Positions 1-15,390 of a stretch of DNA of 64,000 bases are shown here, one piece after another. Within the stretch, counting starts at the first letter, position 1; every line of letters begins with the position of its first letter. The notes under the pieces were generated by a model, which made no database searches, was not told the origin of the DNA, and was given only the letters and a program-made list of their open reading frames with translations. The translations under genes and the position numbers were made by a program. Source of the DNA: the human T2T-CHM13v2.0 reference genome, Homo sapiens; assembly GCF_009914755.1 (NCBI RefSeq), contig NC_060929.1, one strand, 5' to 3'.

Positions 1-1412
1 TTTCTACTAATTTCATAGGAGACAAAGCTTTATAACTTACTTTTGTGAATGAGATTCTTTTTATTTCCTTACTACTGTTTCATTCTTTCCTGTCATTCAA
101 AACTCACCTTCTTCGGTATGTTCTTTCTTTACCTCTGTCCGTTCAGATCAGCTCTTGATTCTTTAGGAGGCTTATTACAGTGGGTATGCCTCAATATAGT
201 AATACCTCATGTAGCTGACTGGGAAACTCTCTTATTCAATTGGTGAAAAATGGATGTTCTCAGCATCAGAATTTTCCACCTGTTGGAGTTATACCAGTTA
301 AGAAATAAAAGAGTCCAAGAAGGGATGTTCCAGATAGGGGTGCCCCACATAACACAGAAGGATAAGAGTTCCTAGAACTCTGACTCAAGTCTGCAAAGAT
401 AAATTAATTAACGTATAGCTAATCCTACATTTAAAAAGAAATTGTTGAGGGTTTGTTTTTTTTTGTCACTAAGTTCCAGTTTAGGAGCTAACACATTCAA
501 ATCAAATGTTCCTTAAAAGAAGCTTTATAAAAATCAGATTTTCTCTGATTATTGCAATTAAGGGTTAACTTAAAGAAAAAAAATTAATTTCCCTAAGAAT
601 TCCACAGGTAGAAAGCAAAGCAATTTAAAACTTGCCAGAAATGGCTGGCATTTATGAAATAGTTTATTGTCAATTACACAGCTATACATAGCTATAAAAA
701 TTGGGACAGGTGGGAACTCAGAGTAATCAGTGGTACATCTCACATTTCCTCTAGATAACTTATATCTAGGCTGGTTGTTGAAAGCATAGAAGCAGAAAAC
801 TTAAAGATTGAAAAGTTCTTGGGAAATATAATGAAAGTATAATTATACTCCTTACGTAACATATCTTGCAATCCCTCCCTCCCTCCCCATTCCATGCTAA
901 TTCTTGCCCCACATATTTTACAGTATTTCTCTGACTTTAACCTTGCTCCTTCTGCTTTTCTGGCTTTAAATAGCTTTTGTGAAAGCTTTTAAAGTGTGTT
1001 TGAAAGATGTTTCCCTCTTTGGATTTGAATTCATTCAGTCAGTCCTCGAGAGCAGACCCTTAAGTCCTCTTGAGTATTCTCTCTTCTTGAAATGAATTCC
1101 AGTGGTCCAAAGTTAAATGGTCTAGGTCAGTCTGGACATTCTGGAAGGGTCATCCTGTAGTAGCACAATACCAAACCCCTTTTCCATGGACTTGTAGGGA
1201 TAATTAGGGAATATTCCCTCTCCTCTGATACTTAATTCTGCTGCCACCACCTTCAGTTCTTTCTTTGTCACCACTGACAGCTGAGTGTTTCTCTGTTTCC
1301 AAAACATCATCATCCCCTACATTATCCCCCACTGATACAGCCTTTCTTCCCTTTTTCTAGCTACAGTTCTCTTTTGTATGTCTTAATTTCAAAGTGTGAC
1401 TTTGGAGCCTAG

Positions 1413-1724
<312 letters not shown>

Positions 1725-2849
1725 TAAATCTATTTGCTGTTGTATAACATAGCTTTTTGGTTAGGTTTGTGTTAAAGACTGTGATGATGGTGGTGAAGAG
1801 TTACAACCAGAAGAATCTAACCCTTTAAAAGTCAATATGGTATCTGAGCATCAAAAAAAAATAGAAAATGGACATTATTATAGAGAGGCAAGAAAAGATG
1901 AAATTGCAAAAGCTCCTTTTGATTAAAAAAATTAACCTGTAACTCACTCTCTAAAACAGAAACAGATTTAGCTTTTTACATAGGAAATCAATTGATAATG
2001 AATTGGTGACTAGATACTCAAAAACGGAAAAGGCAAAAGAGGAACACTAAACTAAGTTATTGTGTGTGGAGGACGTGTGATAACTTCAGGAAACAGCTAC
2101 CCCTAGGACTGGGGGAACAAAATGAAGAGGTTAAAATTATTAAAACATAGAGGATTGAAGGAGGTTCTCTATGGACTTGTGAAGAGGGCTCCCTGTTTGG
2201 CTGGTGTAGGTGGCTCGGACCTCAGAGGAATTTCCCATGAAGCTGGACCTCAGGTCTCTGAGGATGATGCTCCAGCCAGCCAGTGCTGGTGTTGCTGATA
2301 AGAGGCACTGAGACTGTTTCTGTTTGAGTTGCAAAAGCTGCAAACTGGATTCAACTGTTGTTCCTGGAACGACCTGCCACTGCAGGATGAAAGAGTGCTT
2401 CCAGAGAGACATAGGAATAACAAGCAGAAAATCAGACTCAGAAAGCAAACAGGAAGGAGCAATCCCTTCTTTCTCTTCTAGCCTGCCACTCTCTCTCCCT
2501 CATGCCCTCTCGTGGCAGATCCAAATGGAGAGCCAACTGGAGAAGGAAAAATGTGGCTTGAAATTTCAATCTCAGCATCATAAAGTGGAAGAATGGGTTT
2601 TAGGTTTGGAGACAATAGCTTAATAAATTGTACAGGATGTTATTCAAAAACAAAAATAAATTATCAGTTTCTGCTTTTATTCAGAGTCTTCCAAAATGTT
2701 CATAGTCTACTAAAGTGCATGAAATGGTTCTAGAGTTCAGTGAAATCGAAATAAGAGAAGTAACACAAAAATAAATTACTGTCTGTATTTAGTACTGAGT
2801 GTTATGCTTAATGATGTTTATCCATTTAACAGGCATTATATTATTCAAC

Positions 2850-3320
2850 CTTACATTATCTGACACATTAAAACAATCTTCCACTTTGACCTCTTATTCC
2901 TCATTGGCAGAAAGCCGATCTCCCTTGTAGGAAGATGGAAAGTACCAGAACTTATCCTCCTAGCCTCCCTTGCAGCTAGGGCAAGGTCATATTACCTGAC
3001 TGTGCCCAGTGATTTCCTTGGGACAGTTTGCTCATGAGTTTTGGGAAAAATTTTCCCTTAGTAAAGGAGACTCAAGGGAAGAAAAGCCATTTCTCCTTTT
3101 CACTGGCCTGGTTGGGTCTGCATATGATGCTGGGAACCGCTTTTGCTATCTTGTAATTATGAAGAGAAACATAAGTCATCCTGAGGAAGGCAGGGAAGAA
3201 AGATGACACCATTGGAATTCTCCAACTTCTTGATATCTCAGGGAGGATAAATACAGTTTCTCAATATTTCGGTTTTAAATTATATGCCCTGTTACTTGAA
3301 GCAATAAGATACTGAACCGT
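2850..3320. mobile_element. Degenerate old MaLR (MLT1-like) LTR
   Basis: Motifs such as cctcccttgcagctagggcaaggtcat and gaggaaggcagggaagaaagatg resemble MLT1 consensus as recalled; boundaries approximate. Confidence 0.4.
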
Positions 3321-4245
3321 TTTTTCAATAAACTTTTTGAGTATATGCTAACAACTTTTCTGTGGTCAGAGCAAGCTGTATAATTTTCCATCCATTTAAA
3401 CATAACAGAAAGAGCATACTTCTAAATAAAAAGATTCTGGTCCCACAAATTTCTAAAAACTGATTTTCACTGAATATCAAACATACACCCACATATTGCT
3501 AAATCAGGATTAAGTATGATTTGAAGGGACAATGAAGTTTAAGGGTTTTGAAAATAAAATTGCTTTTGACACTTGTTTTTTGTTTCTATGAATGTCATTC
3601 CTGCTTGAATCCACTTCTTGTCAATTAATAGGTTCAGAGAGTTCAAGTACGTAATGAAAGGTTAAAACAGAAAATGCAAGTTTTTTTGTTGTTTGTTTGA
3701 AACCTATCAGTTCCTATGGTATTTTCATTTCTTTCTCTGGAGACTTTTGTTTCTTGCTGCTCAGGTTTGAGCACTGATCTTTGGAGGATAGATTTTAATT
3801 AATACAAAGTTTTAAGAGTTGAAGCACTAAAATGATAATTTTACCTGTAAAAAGTAAAAGTGGTTTAATTCATATTAAGAATTGAGAGATCACAGTTCCC
3901 AGAGAAGAAATAACAAGCTGTTCTCTTAATGTTATAATATTTTGATTTATAGACATAGAATAAAGTAGACTAGGGGCCCAATCAGAGCATAGACATTTTA
4001 TCAGAAATTTTGGAACAGAATAATAATCAACATTCTGAAATTACAGTGCAATATTGGGACACAGAGGATCTAAAAACAATTCCTGGGCAAGGGAGGGGAT
4101 TTCCTTCTCATTAAATGTTTCTGCACACCATTATCACTAATGATAATGATATCAAAATTTTACCGAATTCTGCCTACATGGACTTCCCTCTTTTGATTCT
4201 CAAGTGAGCCACAATAGATTCTGGAGCATGTGTCTAGGAATTTTC

Positions 4246-5168
4246 TGATCGTCTTCGTTAACTTAAAAATCACTCAATCTATAAATTTGGAAAGGAGCCT
4301 CTATTTCTTATAAAAGGTTACAGGCTGTAAGGTGACCCTTTGAAAGGTTGGGAAGTGCAGCCAGTGCAGCCTGCAGCAGAGCCTATTAGCAGGCATTTTG
4401 AAGGAGGAGGGGTCGGGGTAGGAATTTTATGTTGAATGGGTTGGCTAAGCATACATATTTAACATGGTACAGTAGGAGTTATGAATATTGATGAAGACAG
4501 TCTTAACATATGCATATTGAACAAACATGCATGTTACATGTGACCCATGTTCACTTTGGGATGGAGACTTAACAACTAAATGTATTATAATTGGGCCCTA
4601 AATGCCAATAGGCACTTGGGACACAAGGACACTCAAGTGTGCAGCCTCTGTAAACTGTCTAGAACCAGTCCATGGTCAGTTCTTATCTGGAGAAAGTTAC
4701 TGAAATCAGTCTCTTGTAATTATAGCTGGTGAAACAGGGGCTGAGGGTCAGTTAATCAGTGCCTAGGGGAGCTGCAGTTGTTTGAACATTGCTTATCTCA
4801 AGGTCAATGCTTGTTTAGCTGCTAGAGAAAAAGAAAAACCTTGTGGCAGATAGAACATAGTTCATTATTTAAGTGTGGGGATACATGACTTAACTCTTGT
4901 CTGTCATGGCCTTAGGTCCTGTTTATAAGTTGGTATTTCATTGCCACAAAGAGTCTGTTTTTGTCAGTCTTAAGATCTCTATTTTAACACGAATGCTGGT
5001 CAGTTGTTGTGTCTAAACTGCAAAAGGGAGGAAGTATAATGAGTCATGTTTGACCTCCCGTCCCATCATAACCAAGAACTCCATTGTTAAGGTTTTTCTG
5101 GGGTCTCCTTGGCCAAAAGGAGGTTCGTTTAGTTGGTTGGGGACTTACTATGTTATTCTTAGCTTACA
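4246..5168 (-). mobile_element. ERV1-class solo LTR of about 920 bp (MER4 group, MER49-like)
   Basis: The reverse complement begins tgtaagctaagaataa...ccttttggccaaggagaccccagaaaaacc, typical of MER4-group LTRs, and has TG...CA ends. The subfamily is tentative. Confidence 0.65.
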
Positions 5169-5510
5169 CCATATATAAAATATTATTTTGATGATTATAG
5201 TCTAGATGACTTTTGTTGTTTGGGGGTTTTGTTAATGTTGGATAAGATCAACAATTCAATTCAACAATTACTGATTCCCTAGTTTATTCTAGACTTTGTT
5301 CTAGACTTTGAGGTACAGAGGTCAAGAAATTCACCAATAAACTGGGTGGATAGACACATAAACACATGGCTACAAGATGGTAAAAGTGCACTTAATGATT
5401 CAAAGTCATCAGAGAGGGAATACGCTATTTGATGTATCTAGAGAGAAACTGAGTCAGAAAATATCTTGCCAGAGAAAGTTGTATCTGAATTGGAGTTTAA
5501 AAGAAAATTT

Positions 5511-5828
<318 letters not shown>

Positions 5829-6515
5829 TTAATTAACAGCCAATATGAAAGAAAAGGAATTTCCATAATACTCCTTTTTTCCCTTTTTAGGGAACATAAT
5901 AAAGGTACAAAGGCACAAACTCTGGTCTTTAGTTATTTCTTGAAAGTAAGGTACATATTGTGAGAACCAAGGCTTAAAAAGACAGGGAGACTGGCCTGGA
6001 GGGGCTCAGGTGACTTACTAAAATGGTTCACATGATTCTGCAGATGAAGAGGTCCTGAGGGACTTTTGCTATAAGACCATCACCCTGATGGCAGCATGAA
6101 GTCCGAAAGCAGTGGAGAGGATATTAAAAATGGCCGGTCAAGAAATGAAAAGCACGACCTTCCCCTCAAAAAGAATAGTTTTTGAGTATGTGAATGAAAT
6201 TTGCTAACCAACTAAGCTCAAAATTTCCCTTAGATCTTTACTGTCAAGATCTATGAGTGTTACATATATGAAGAGTTGGGTATAATGAAAAATAATTTAA
6301 AGTAGGAAACTGCAGATAGCAGGACTTAGAGGATCAATGATAACTTTTCATCAAACTTTCTCACCTTTATTAACACTTAGCATTACATTCTTTTTTTTTT
6401 TGTCACTTCTCTTCCTACTTCCTTTATAAGGTTTTATCTCATTCTCTTCTATCTGGTCTAGTAGTTCCTCTGATTACCTCTTTCTCTTCCACTCCTGTTT
6501 CCTTCTCCTAATTTA

Positions 6516-6518
<3 letters not shown>

Positions 6519-6552
<34 letters not shown>
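6519..6552. repeat. (TC)n microsatellite at an Alu tail
   Basis: Direct reading of the tctctc run. Confidence 0.95.
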
Positions 6553-6906
<354 letters not shown>

Positions 6907-7398
6907 TAATTAAAGAACAATAAAAATAACAAACTTTTTAAAGACCCACTAAAGCTTCTAGACCAGATGACTCTGGGCTCACTTTGCACACAACATGAAT
7001 TCTAGGTCCCGAGGAGAGCTACTGAAAGTAAACGCAAGACACAGTCTCTTTCTGAAAGGTGATTAAAAAAAGAGGATAATAAAGCAACATCTAACTTATT
7101 TATCTTCCTTGGAAGAGAATACCTCAAGGAAATGCCTCAGGATTAAGATGAGTGTCTTCACTTTTGCAAAAACTCAATTAAAGTGCCATGAATATGAGGT
7201 TATTTAATAGATATGACCTGCCTCTTCTTTGATATCCTTGGATTATGATCTTTAGAAGTTAATTCAGCAGCTATTCTGTTAGGTTTCAGTTGATTTAATT
7301 CTCAGAATCATAGGCTTTTAAGTAGGAGAATTAGACAGCCTCAAATCAGGATGAGAAATATGTCTAGTTAATAGTGGCAGCATGAAAGAAAAACACAA

Positions 7399-7724
<326 letters not shown>

Positions 7725-8170
7725 CTAATAGAGAAGTACTCACAGTGTCCTTTTGAGGTCCAGAAAGGCATGCACTGTTTCTGATTATCATGAATAAAGA
7801 GAAAGAAAAAAGTGAGGAATCAAGCTGTAAGGAAATAAGCTTTTAAGATTACACATTTTAATTACATTAAAAAATGCTCATTCCAAACAAGTATATGTAG
7901 ACCATGACAGGAAGGATATTATCACAATATCTTAAACAAACAACAACAACAAAAACAACACTTTACCCTAATTGACAATTTGGCCTGTATGTATTCTGTT
8001 CTTATGATATTCAATGCTCTGAAAAGCTGAAATCATGAACAAGGAATTCTGCCACCCACAATGGCCTCCCTCAGAGGACAGTGTTTTCTTTAGATATATA
8101 GATATAGTTTATGTGCAATAGCCTCTACCTACTGCAGGCCACAAGAGAAGGGCTTAAGAAAGAATGACTA

Positions 8171-8470
<300 letters not shown>

Positions 8471-8552
8471 CTCTGTGGGAAATATCAATGTCTCATGACT
8501 TAAAGGTGAACAGTGATCCTTTCTTTTTATAAGTGTTTCCCTCTAAGGATGG

Positions 8553-10809
8553 TGTATTAGTCTGTTCTCATGCTGCTAATAAAGATATAGCCCAGAGTGA
8601 GTAATTTATAAAGAAAAGAGGTTTAATGGATTCACAGTTCCACATGGCTGGGGAGGCCTCACCATCATGGCAGAAGGCAAAGGAGAAGCAAAGGCATGTC
8701 TTACATGGTGACAGGCAAGAGGGCTTTTGCATCGGATCTTGTGAGACTTATTCACTACCATGAGAATAGTATGGGAAAACCCCTCTGCATAATTCAATTA
8801 TCTCTAGCTGGCCCCACCCTTGACACATGGGGATTGTTTCAATTCAAGGTGAGATTTGGGTGGGGACACAAAGCCTAACCATATCATTCTGCCCCTGACC
8901 CCTCCTAAATCTCATGTCCTCACATTTCAAAACCAATCATGCCTTCCCAAAAATTCCCAAAGTCTTAACTCATTTCAGCATTAACTCAGAAGTCCACAGT
9001 CCAAAGTCTCAGCTGAGACAAAGCAAGTCCCTTCTGCCTATGAGGCTATAAAATCAAAAGCAAGTTAGTTACTTCCTAGATACAGTGGGGGTATAGGCCT
9101 TGGGTAAATACAGCCATTCCAAATGGGAGAAATTGGCCAAAACATAGGTGCTACAGGCCCCATGCAAGTCTGAAATCCAATGGGGCAGAAAAATCTTAAA
9201 GCTCTGAAATGATCTCCTTTGACTCCTTGTCTCACCTCCAGATCATGCTGATGCAAGCAGTGGGCTCCCATGGGCATGGGAAGCTCTGCCTCTGTGGCTT
9301 TTCAGGGTACAGCTTCCCTCCCAACTGCTTTCATGGGCTGGTGTTGAGTGTCTGTGGCTTTTCCAGGTGCACAGTTCAGGTTGTTGGTGGATCTACCATT
9401 CTGGGTCTGGAGGATGGTGGCCCCTGCTCACAGCTCCACTAGGCAGTGCCCCGGTGAGGACTTTGTGTGGGGGCTACAACCCTATATTTCCCCTCTGCAC
9501 TACCCTAGCAGACGTTCCCTGCAGCATACTTCTGCCTGGGCATCCAGGCATTTCCATACATCCTCTGAAATCTAGGTGGAGGTTCCCAACCTCAGTTCTT
9601 GACTTCTGTGCACCCACAGGCTCAACACCATGTGGAAGCCACCAAGGCTTGGGGCTTGCACCTTCTGAAGCAATGGCCTGAGTTGTACATTGCCTCATTT
9701 TAGCCATGGCTGGAGCTGAAGCAGCTGGGACACAAGGCACCATATACCCCAGACTGCACACAGCAGGGGAGCCCTGGGTCAGGCCTATGAAACCATTTTT
9801 CCCTCCAAGGCCTCCAGGCCTGTGATGGGAGGGGCTGCTGTGAAGGTCTCTGACTTGCCTTGGAGACATTTTCCACATTGTCTTGGTGATTAACATTTGG
9901 CTTCTCATTACTTATGCAAATTTCTACAGCAGGCTTGAATGTCTCCCCAGAAAATGGGGTTTTCTTTTCTATCATGTCAGCAGGCTGCAAATTTTCCAAA
10001 ATTTTATGCTCTGCTTTCTCTTGAACACTTTGCTGCTTAGAAATTTCTTCTGCCAGATACCCTAAATCATCTCTCTCAAGTTCAAGGTTCCACATATCTC
10101 TAGGGCAGGGGCAAAATGCTGCCAGTCTCTTTGCATAACAAGAGTGACCTTTACTCCAGTTCCCAAGAAGTTCCTCATCTCCATTTGAGTCCACCTCAGC
10201 CTGGACTTTATTGTCCATATCACTATCAACATTTTAGTCAAAGCAATTCAACAAATTTCTAGGAAGCTCCAAACTTTCCCACATCTTCCTGTCTTCTTCT
10301 GAGCCCTCCAAGTCCCTAGGAAGTTCCAAACTTTCCCACATTTTCCAGTCTTCTTCTGAGCCCTCTAAACTCTTTCAACCTCTGACTGTTGCCCAGTTCC
10401 AAAGTCACTTCCACATTTTTGGGTATCTTTACAGAAGTGCCCTTCTACCTGGTACCAATTTACTGTATTAGTCTGTTCTCATGCTGCTGATAATGACATA
10501 CCTGAAACTGGGTAATTTATAAAGGAAAGAGGTTTAATTGACCCACAGTTCCACATGGTTAGGGAGGCCTCACAATCATGCAGAAGGGGAAGCAAGACAT
10601 ATCTCACATGGCGACAGTCAAGAGGGCTTGTGCAGGGGAACTCCCATTTATAAAACCATCAGTTCTCATGAGACTTATTCGCTACCACGAGAACAGTATG
10701 GGGAACTGCCCCCAAGATTCAATTATCTCCACCTAGTCCCACCCCTGACACAAGGGGATTATTACAGTTTAAGGTGAGATTTGGGTAGAGACACAGCCAA
10801 GCCATATCA
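8553..10809 (-). mobile_element. Complete THE1-type MaLR provirus: LTR 8553-8886, internal region 8887-10463, LTR 10464-10809
   Basis: Two direct LTRs tgtattagtctgttctcatgctgct...ccatatca, a 5-bp TSD gatgg/gatag, and an internal minus-strand ORF 9700..10218 (MDNKVQAEV...WNLELERDDLGYLAEEISKQQS) that matches the known MaLR internal ORF remnant. Confidence 0.95.
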
Positions 10810-11952
10810 GATAGTAAAGAGTGAATAACACTACTGTATGTCTGTGTTATTCTTTCATTGATTGTTTATTGGAGGATGGGTTGGGACCATAAAATTTTTT
10901 TCCTTACTCTGTGGTAGTAGTTGTTTGCCAAAAAGCTGAAGTATTCCCTTAGGGAATAAAGTTCTGTTTTGTATTATATGGGCGTGATGTGAATTTACTA
11001 TTTATGATGTCTTTGACCCATAAAAAATAAATTTTTATTTGGTAATGGCTAATTCAGGAGGGGTGTTGATAAAATGAACAGTTCTCTGCGATAATCAGGT
11101 AGGATATATTTTATTTCTGGGTCAGAAGGAGAGCTTCAAGGCAATGCTATAATAATATTCTGTTAACTTCACTGCTTGACCGTGGAACTTTGATTTTATT
11201 ATTATTAAACAGTAATAGCCACACACTTCCTAGGTGTTGGTAGAATCATGTAAAATGGTGGTGTTGAAATTTCCAGATTAAAAAAGAAGGTACCTCCTGG
11301 TGCTTCATTTTCTTTTCTCAGATTTTTTTTGTTGTGTTCAATGAAAACACACACACAAAAGTTTCAAAGTTTTAATGCTTCTAGGACCAAGAGGTATTTG
11401 TCAACAATCTTCCAAACTCTAAAAGGAATCAGCATTGGAAAAGGTAAAGATGGATCCTAAGGCAAGACAGAAGAACCAAGCAGGAGGAGACTTGTGTGTT
11501 CTCACTCACACCTACTGAGATCCTTTACCAAGACATGGGACACAGACAGAGTTAGCATCCAGCATCTTATTTTATGTGAGTGGCTTTCTCTGAGAGCCAA
11601 GTCTGTTTCAAATCCTTTTTCTTCCCACCATAGCAAAGCTTGGACTTTAAGTCTCATAATTGCAAAAGAGTCAGTAAAAGCCCCTGGAATGTGACAGCAG
11701 TTGTAGGTTGGGCTAAAGGCAGCAGGATCTATGGAAGTATTAGTTCTAAGAGTTGTCAATTCTTATGTAATGCTTTATGCAAGAGAAGGCAACAGATTGC
11801 TCCAAATTATTCAGAAATAAATTCCGCATAGTCAGGTGGAGGAACAGATGACTCTTCCACTGTGCATCCAAACCACAACCTGATAGGAAATTGCTGGAGG
11901 CTGGAAACATGACAAGAACTGCTTCACTGGAACTTCAGCATAGAAACAAGAC

Positions 11953-12050
11953 AAGTGGATTCTCCTTTGTGATCATCACTATTTACAATTAAGGTAAATG
12001 ATGATTTACAATTAAGATAAATGGTGATGATCACAAAGAAGAATCCACTT
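11953..12050. repeat. Inverted repeat with 33-bp arms (31/33 match) and an internal 23-bp tandem duplication
   Basis: 11953-11985 aagtggattctcctttgtgatcatcactattta versus 12018-12050 taaatggtgatgatcacaaagaagaatccactt. Confidence 0.95.
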
Positions 12051-12978
12051 CTGTTTTCTATTGGCAAACATTAGACTTGCACTAATCCCTTTTTAATTAA
12101 GTTTGGTAAAGAGGAATAAAAAATATGAACTTTTCAAAATATCCTAAAATACAAAAACAGGAAGAAATTTGTCTTCAAGATATAGAGTAACAGCATACTT
12201 TTGGAAAAAGACATTAAAAGGGTATGGAAGATATCTTTTAAAAGCATCTGCTCTGTTTATTCAAAAAGATTCATGTGTTTTGACATTGAAACAAGCTTGA
12301 TGTTTAAGAAGTTATTAATCACCAGCTTGAAATAAAAATAAAGCTCTGCTTAGGAGCATAAATGATAAGGAAGCATAATATAATAATAAAAGGTTACAGA
12401 AACCAAATTAAAAAATTAAAATCTGAACTAAAAATAGTAAAGTGCAGAATTGAAGTTGTAGGTAATTATTTATTCAGATGCAAAATGTAATAAGATTTAC
12501 AAAAATGCAGGAAGAAAAGAGAAAAGATGCCACTAATAAGAAAGTCAATAGTAGATATGGCAACAGACATTCAGTCTAAAAAAACAGTTTTCCCAAAGAG
12601 GAGATGAGCACTCTATAAAACAGAGACAGTAGTCAAGGATATAATAAGAAACCACTTTTTCATGCAAAAATAAAAGACTCCATGTCTCATTTTAGTCAAA
12701 ACTGAGTAAACTGATAAACATCCAGATTTACCCTGTTGTTTTTGAACATTTCAAAAATAATAGCAACATTTTAAACAGAATGCCAGAAGAAGATAAACAA
12801 TATACTGGAAGGACAAAATCAAACCAGCCTCAGTCCTCAAACCAGTATTTAACACTAGAGGACAATAGAGCAAGTGTCTACAGGGAAGAATGCATTGTAA
12901 TCCATGAATTCTACAACCACTAAATTGTCATTCATAGGTAAAGGCAGCAAATATTCTGAAACATCTGTAATATATAAG

Positions 12979-13466
12979 TAAGGTAGAAGGTGGGACTCAA
13001 CTCTGGAGGCAGGGCTCGAACACTGGACCAAATTGAGGACTAGCTAGAACAGAGACTTGGTGGAAGCTGCTTTCCATAAGACACAGCTACCAGTGTGTCA
13101 TCTTAGTTTATCACTGCCATGGCTACACCCAGAAGTTACCACCTCTTGCCATGATAATAACCGCATGACCCAGAAGTTACCACCCTTTTCCTAGAAATTT
13201 CTACATAATCCAACCCTTAATTTATATGTAATTAAAAGTGGGTAAAAGTATGACTGCAGAATTGCCTCTGAGCTGCTACTCTGGACACATTGACTATGGG
13301 GTAGCTCTGCTCTTCAAGAAGCAGTAATTCTTGTACTGCTGTACGCCGCTGCTTCAATAAAAGTTGCTGTCTAACATCATGGGCTCGCCCTTGAATTCTT
13401 TCCTCGGTAAAGCCAAGAACCCTCCCAAGCTAAGCCTCAGTTTGGGGGCTTGCCTGTCCTACATCA
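12979..13466 (+). mobile_element. ERV1-class solo LTR (MER66-like)
   Basis: Starts taaggtagaaggtgggactcaactctggaggcagggctc...ggaccaaattgaggactagc, has AATAAA near 13357, and ends ...gcttgcctgtcctacatca. Confidence 0.7.
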
Positions 13467-13580
13467 TCAGTATTCAGAAAACCTGCCTAACATTAATTTT
13501 CTAATGGGAAATAAATATTTTAATGATATATTTCAGCCAACTAATAAATAAAAATAGGATTTTAAATGGGGAAATTGTCA

Positions 13581-13916
<336 letters not shown>

Positions 13917-14705
13917 TTATTATGGAGCTAAAGCTATGAATTGTTGTAAAACTGAATGCAGTTGTCAACGAATTTTGAAATAGAAAACATGTAATGTAAA
14001 AAAAAATGCTTAAGCCTAAAATAAATATAGCCATAAAAGCCAAGAGTCAGTAGATTTGGTTTCATTCTTGATGTAGGATAAACAGAAAATATAGGTTCAA
14101 ATATTTTGTAAAATCACTACCAATACGCTTAAAAACTAGAGATATATTTTCTAAAGCACTAGAGAAAGCAAGGGCAAAATATAACCCAAAAAGTTCATAA
14201 AATGTTTTTAAAGTGGAAAAAGAATAAATGTATAAAAAGTGTCATAAACTGATAATAAATTAGAAATTTAAATATAAATCTATATATATAGATAACTATT
14301 ATAATGGTCAACTAAAATTATCTTTAAAACTTATGATAGCGAGAACACTATATATCAAAACTTTTAGAATTCTGTTTCTGAAGCAAATTTGTAACTTTGA
14401 ATAAAAACTGCTCCCAATTTTTACAACCCTTCACTTGCTGTGAGTCAGACTTTGGACTAAGTATTCAGGACCAGGGATAATTAAGTGACTGAGATGCTGC
14501 TAACTTCAGAATTGTCTCCCCTGAAAACCCTTTGTTACTCCCAAAGCACAGATTATTGCCTGATGCTATCCTGAGAAAAAAATTTAGTTCTTTGTACCAG
14601 TAGATTCTGGCTGCCAAAGCTTTAAGCAAATATATCTAAACCTAGAAATGTATCACTTAGACTAAACTGCAGCATCCCCCTCTTCTTTCCCCACTTCTCC
14701 ACCTC

Positions 14706-14706
<1 letters not shown>

Positions 14707-14738
<32 letters not shown>

Positions 14739-14742
14739 ACAA
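14707..14742 (+). repeat. (CAG)7 CAA (CAG)2 (CAA)2 trinucleotide repeat, intronic
   Basis: Direct reading. Confidence 0.95.
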
Positions 14743-14859
14743 CACCATCCACAATACATTACCAGGTTAATGATTTAAATCAACACCAAACATCAGCATC
14801 TTCAGTAATATCAAAGATACGGCAAAAATGACTCCATTACCACTATTAGTTAACATAAT

Positions 14860-15390
14860 TTTGCTAGCCTGATTCAGGGCAATAAGACATGACATAGAAA
14901 TAGAATAAAATAGAAAAGGATAAAATGAAATAATTATTTGCATATATGATTGTGTTCTTGGAAAAACAAAATCTATTGGATTGTAGAAGCAGTGAAAAAT
15001 ATTGTGGTCAAATAAAAAGTATTTTAAAACCAATATTTAGCCTATATAACAGGAAAAATAAGTTAGAAAATGGAATAGAAAAAAGTCTGTTTATATTAGT
15101 ACTAAAATTATTTAATAACTAGGAATAAATTATCCAAAAATGAATGAGACCTGTATAAATAAAATTACAGCATTTAAAGAAAGACACAATAGAAGACATA
15201 TGTACCATATCCCCTAGGTTCAAATATTTTAGAGATATTATTTCCTCCCAAATTAATGCTGTTAGAATTTCAGCAAGGGTTTTGTTTTGGGATCCAATAA
15301 AGTAATTGTAAAATTCATCTGGAAGAATAGTCTTAGACAAAAAAAAGAATAAGGAAGAGGACATTTCTCTGCCAGATATAAAAATGTTGT
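14860..15390 (+). mobile_element. Highly degraded old L1 (L1M) ORF2 remnant
   Basis: A-rich sequence with L1 ORF2-like stretches (ttatttgcatatatgattgtg; ctaggaataaattat; aaattcatctggaagaa). Confidence 0.5.

Noticed and set aside
4095-4104. NF-kB-like GGGGATTTCC
   Set aside because: An isolated degenerate 10-mer; a few are expected by chance in 64 kb.
9065-10218. Cluster of 60-172 aa ORFs
   Set aside because: All lie within the THE1 internal region and are decayed MaLR sequence.
14701-14830. PolyQ-encoding exon
   Set aside because: No convincing splice sites, an in-frame stop follows shortly, and no polyQ is known to me in CaMKIV.
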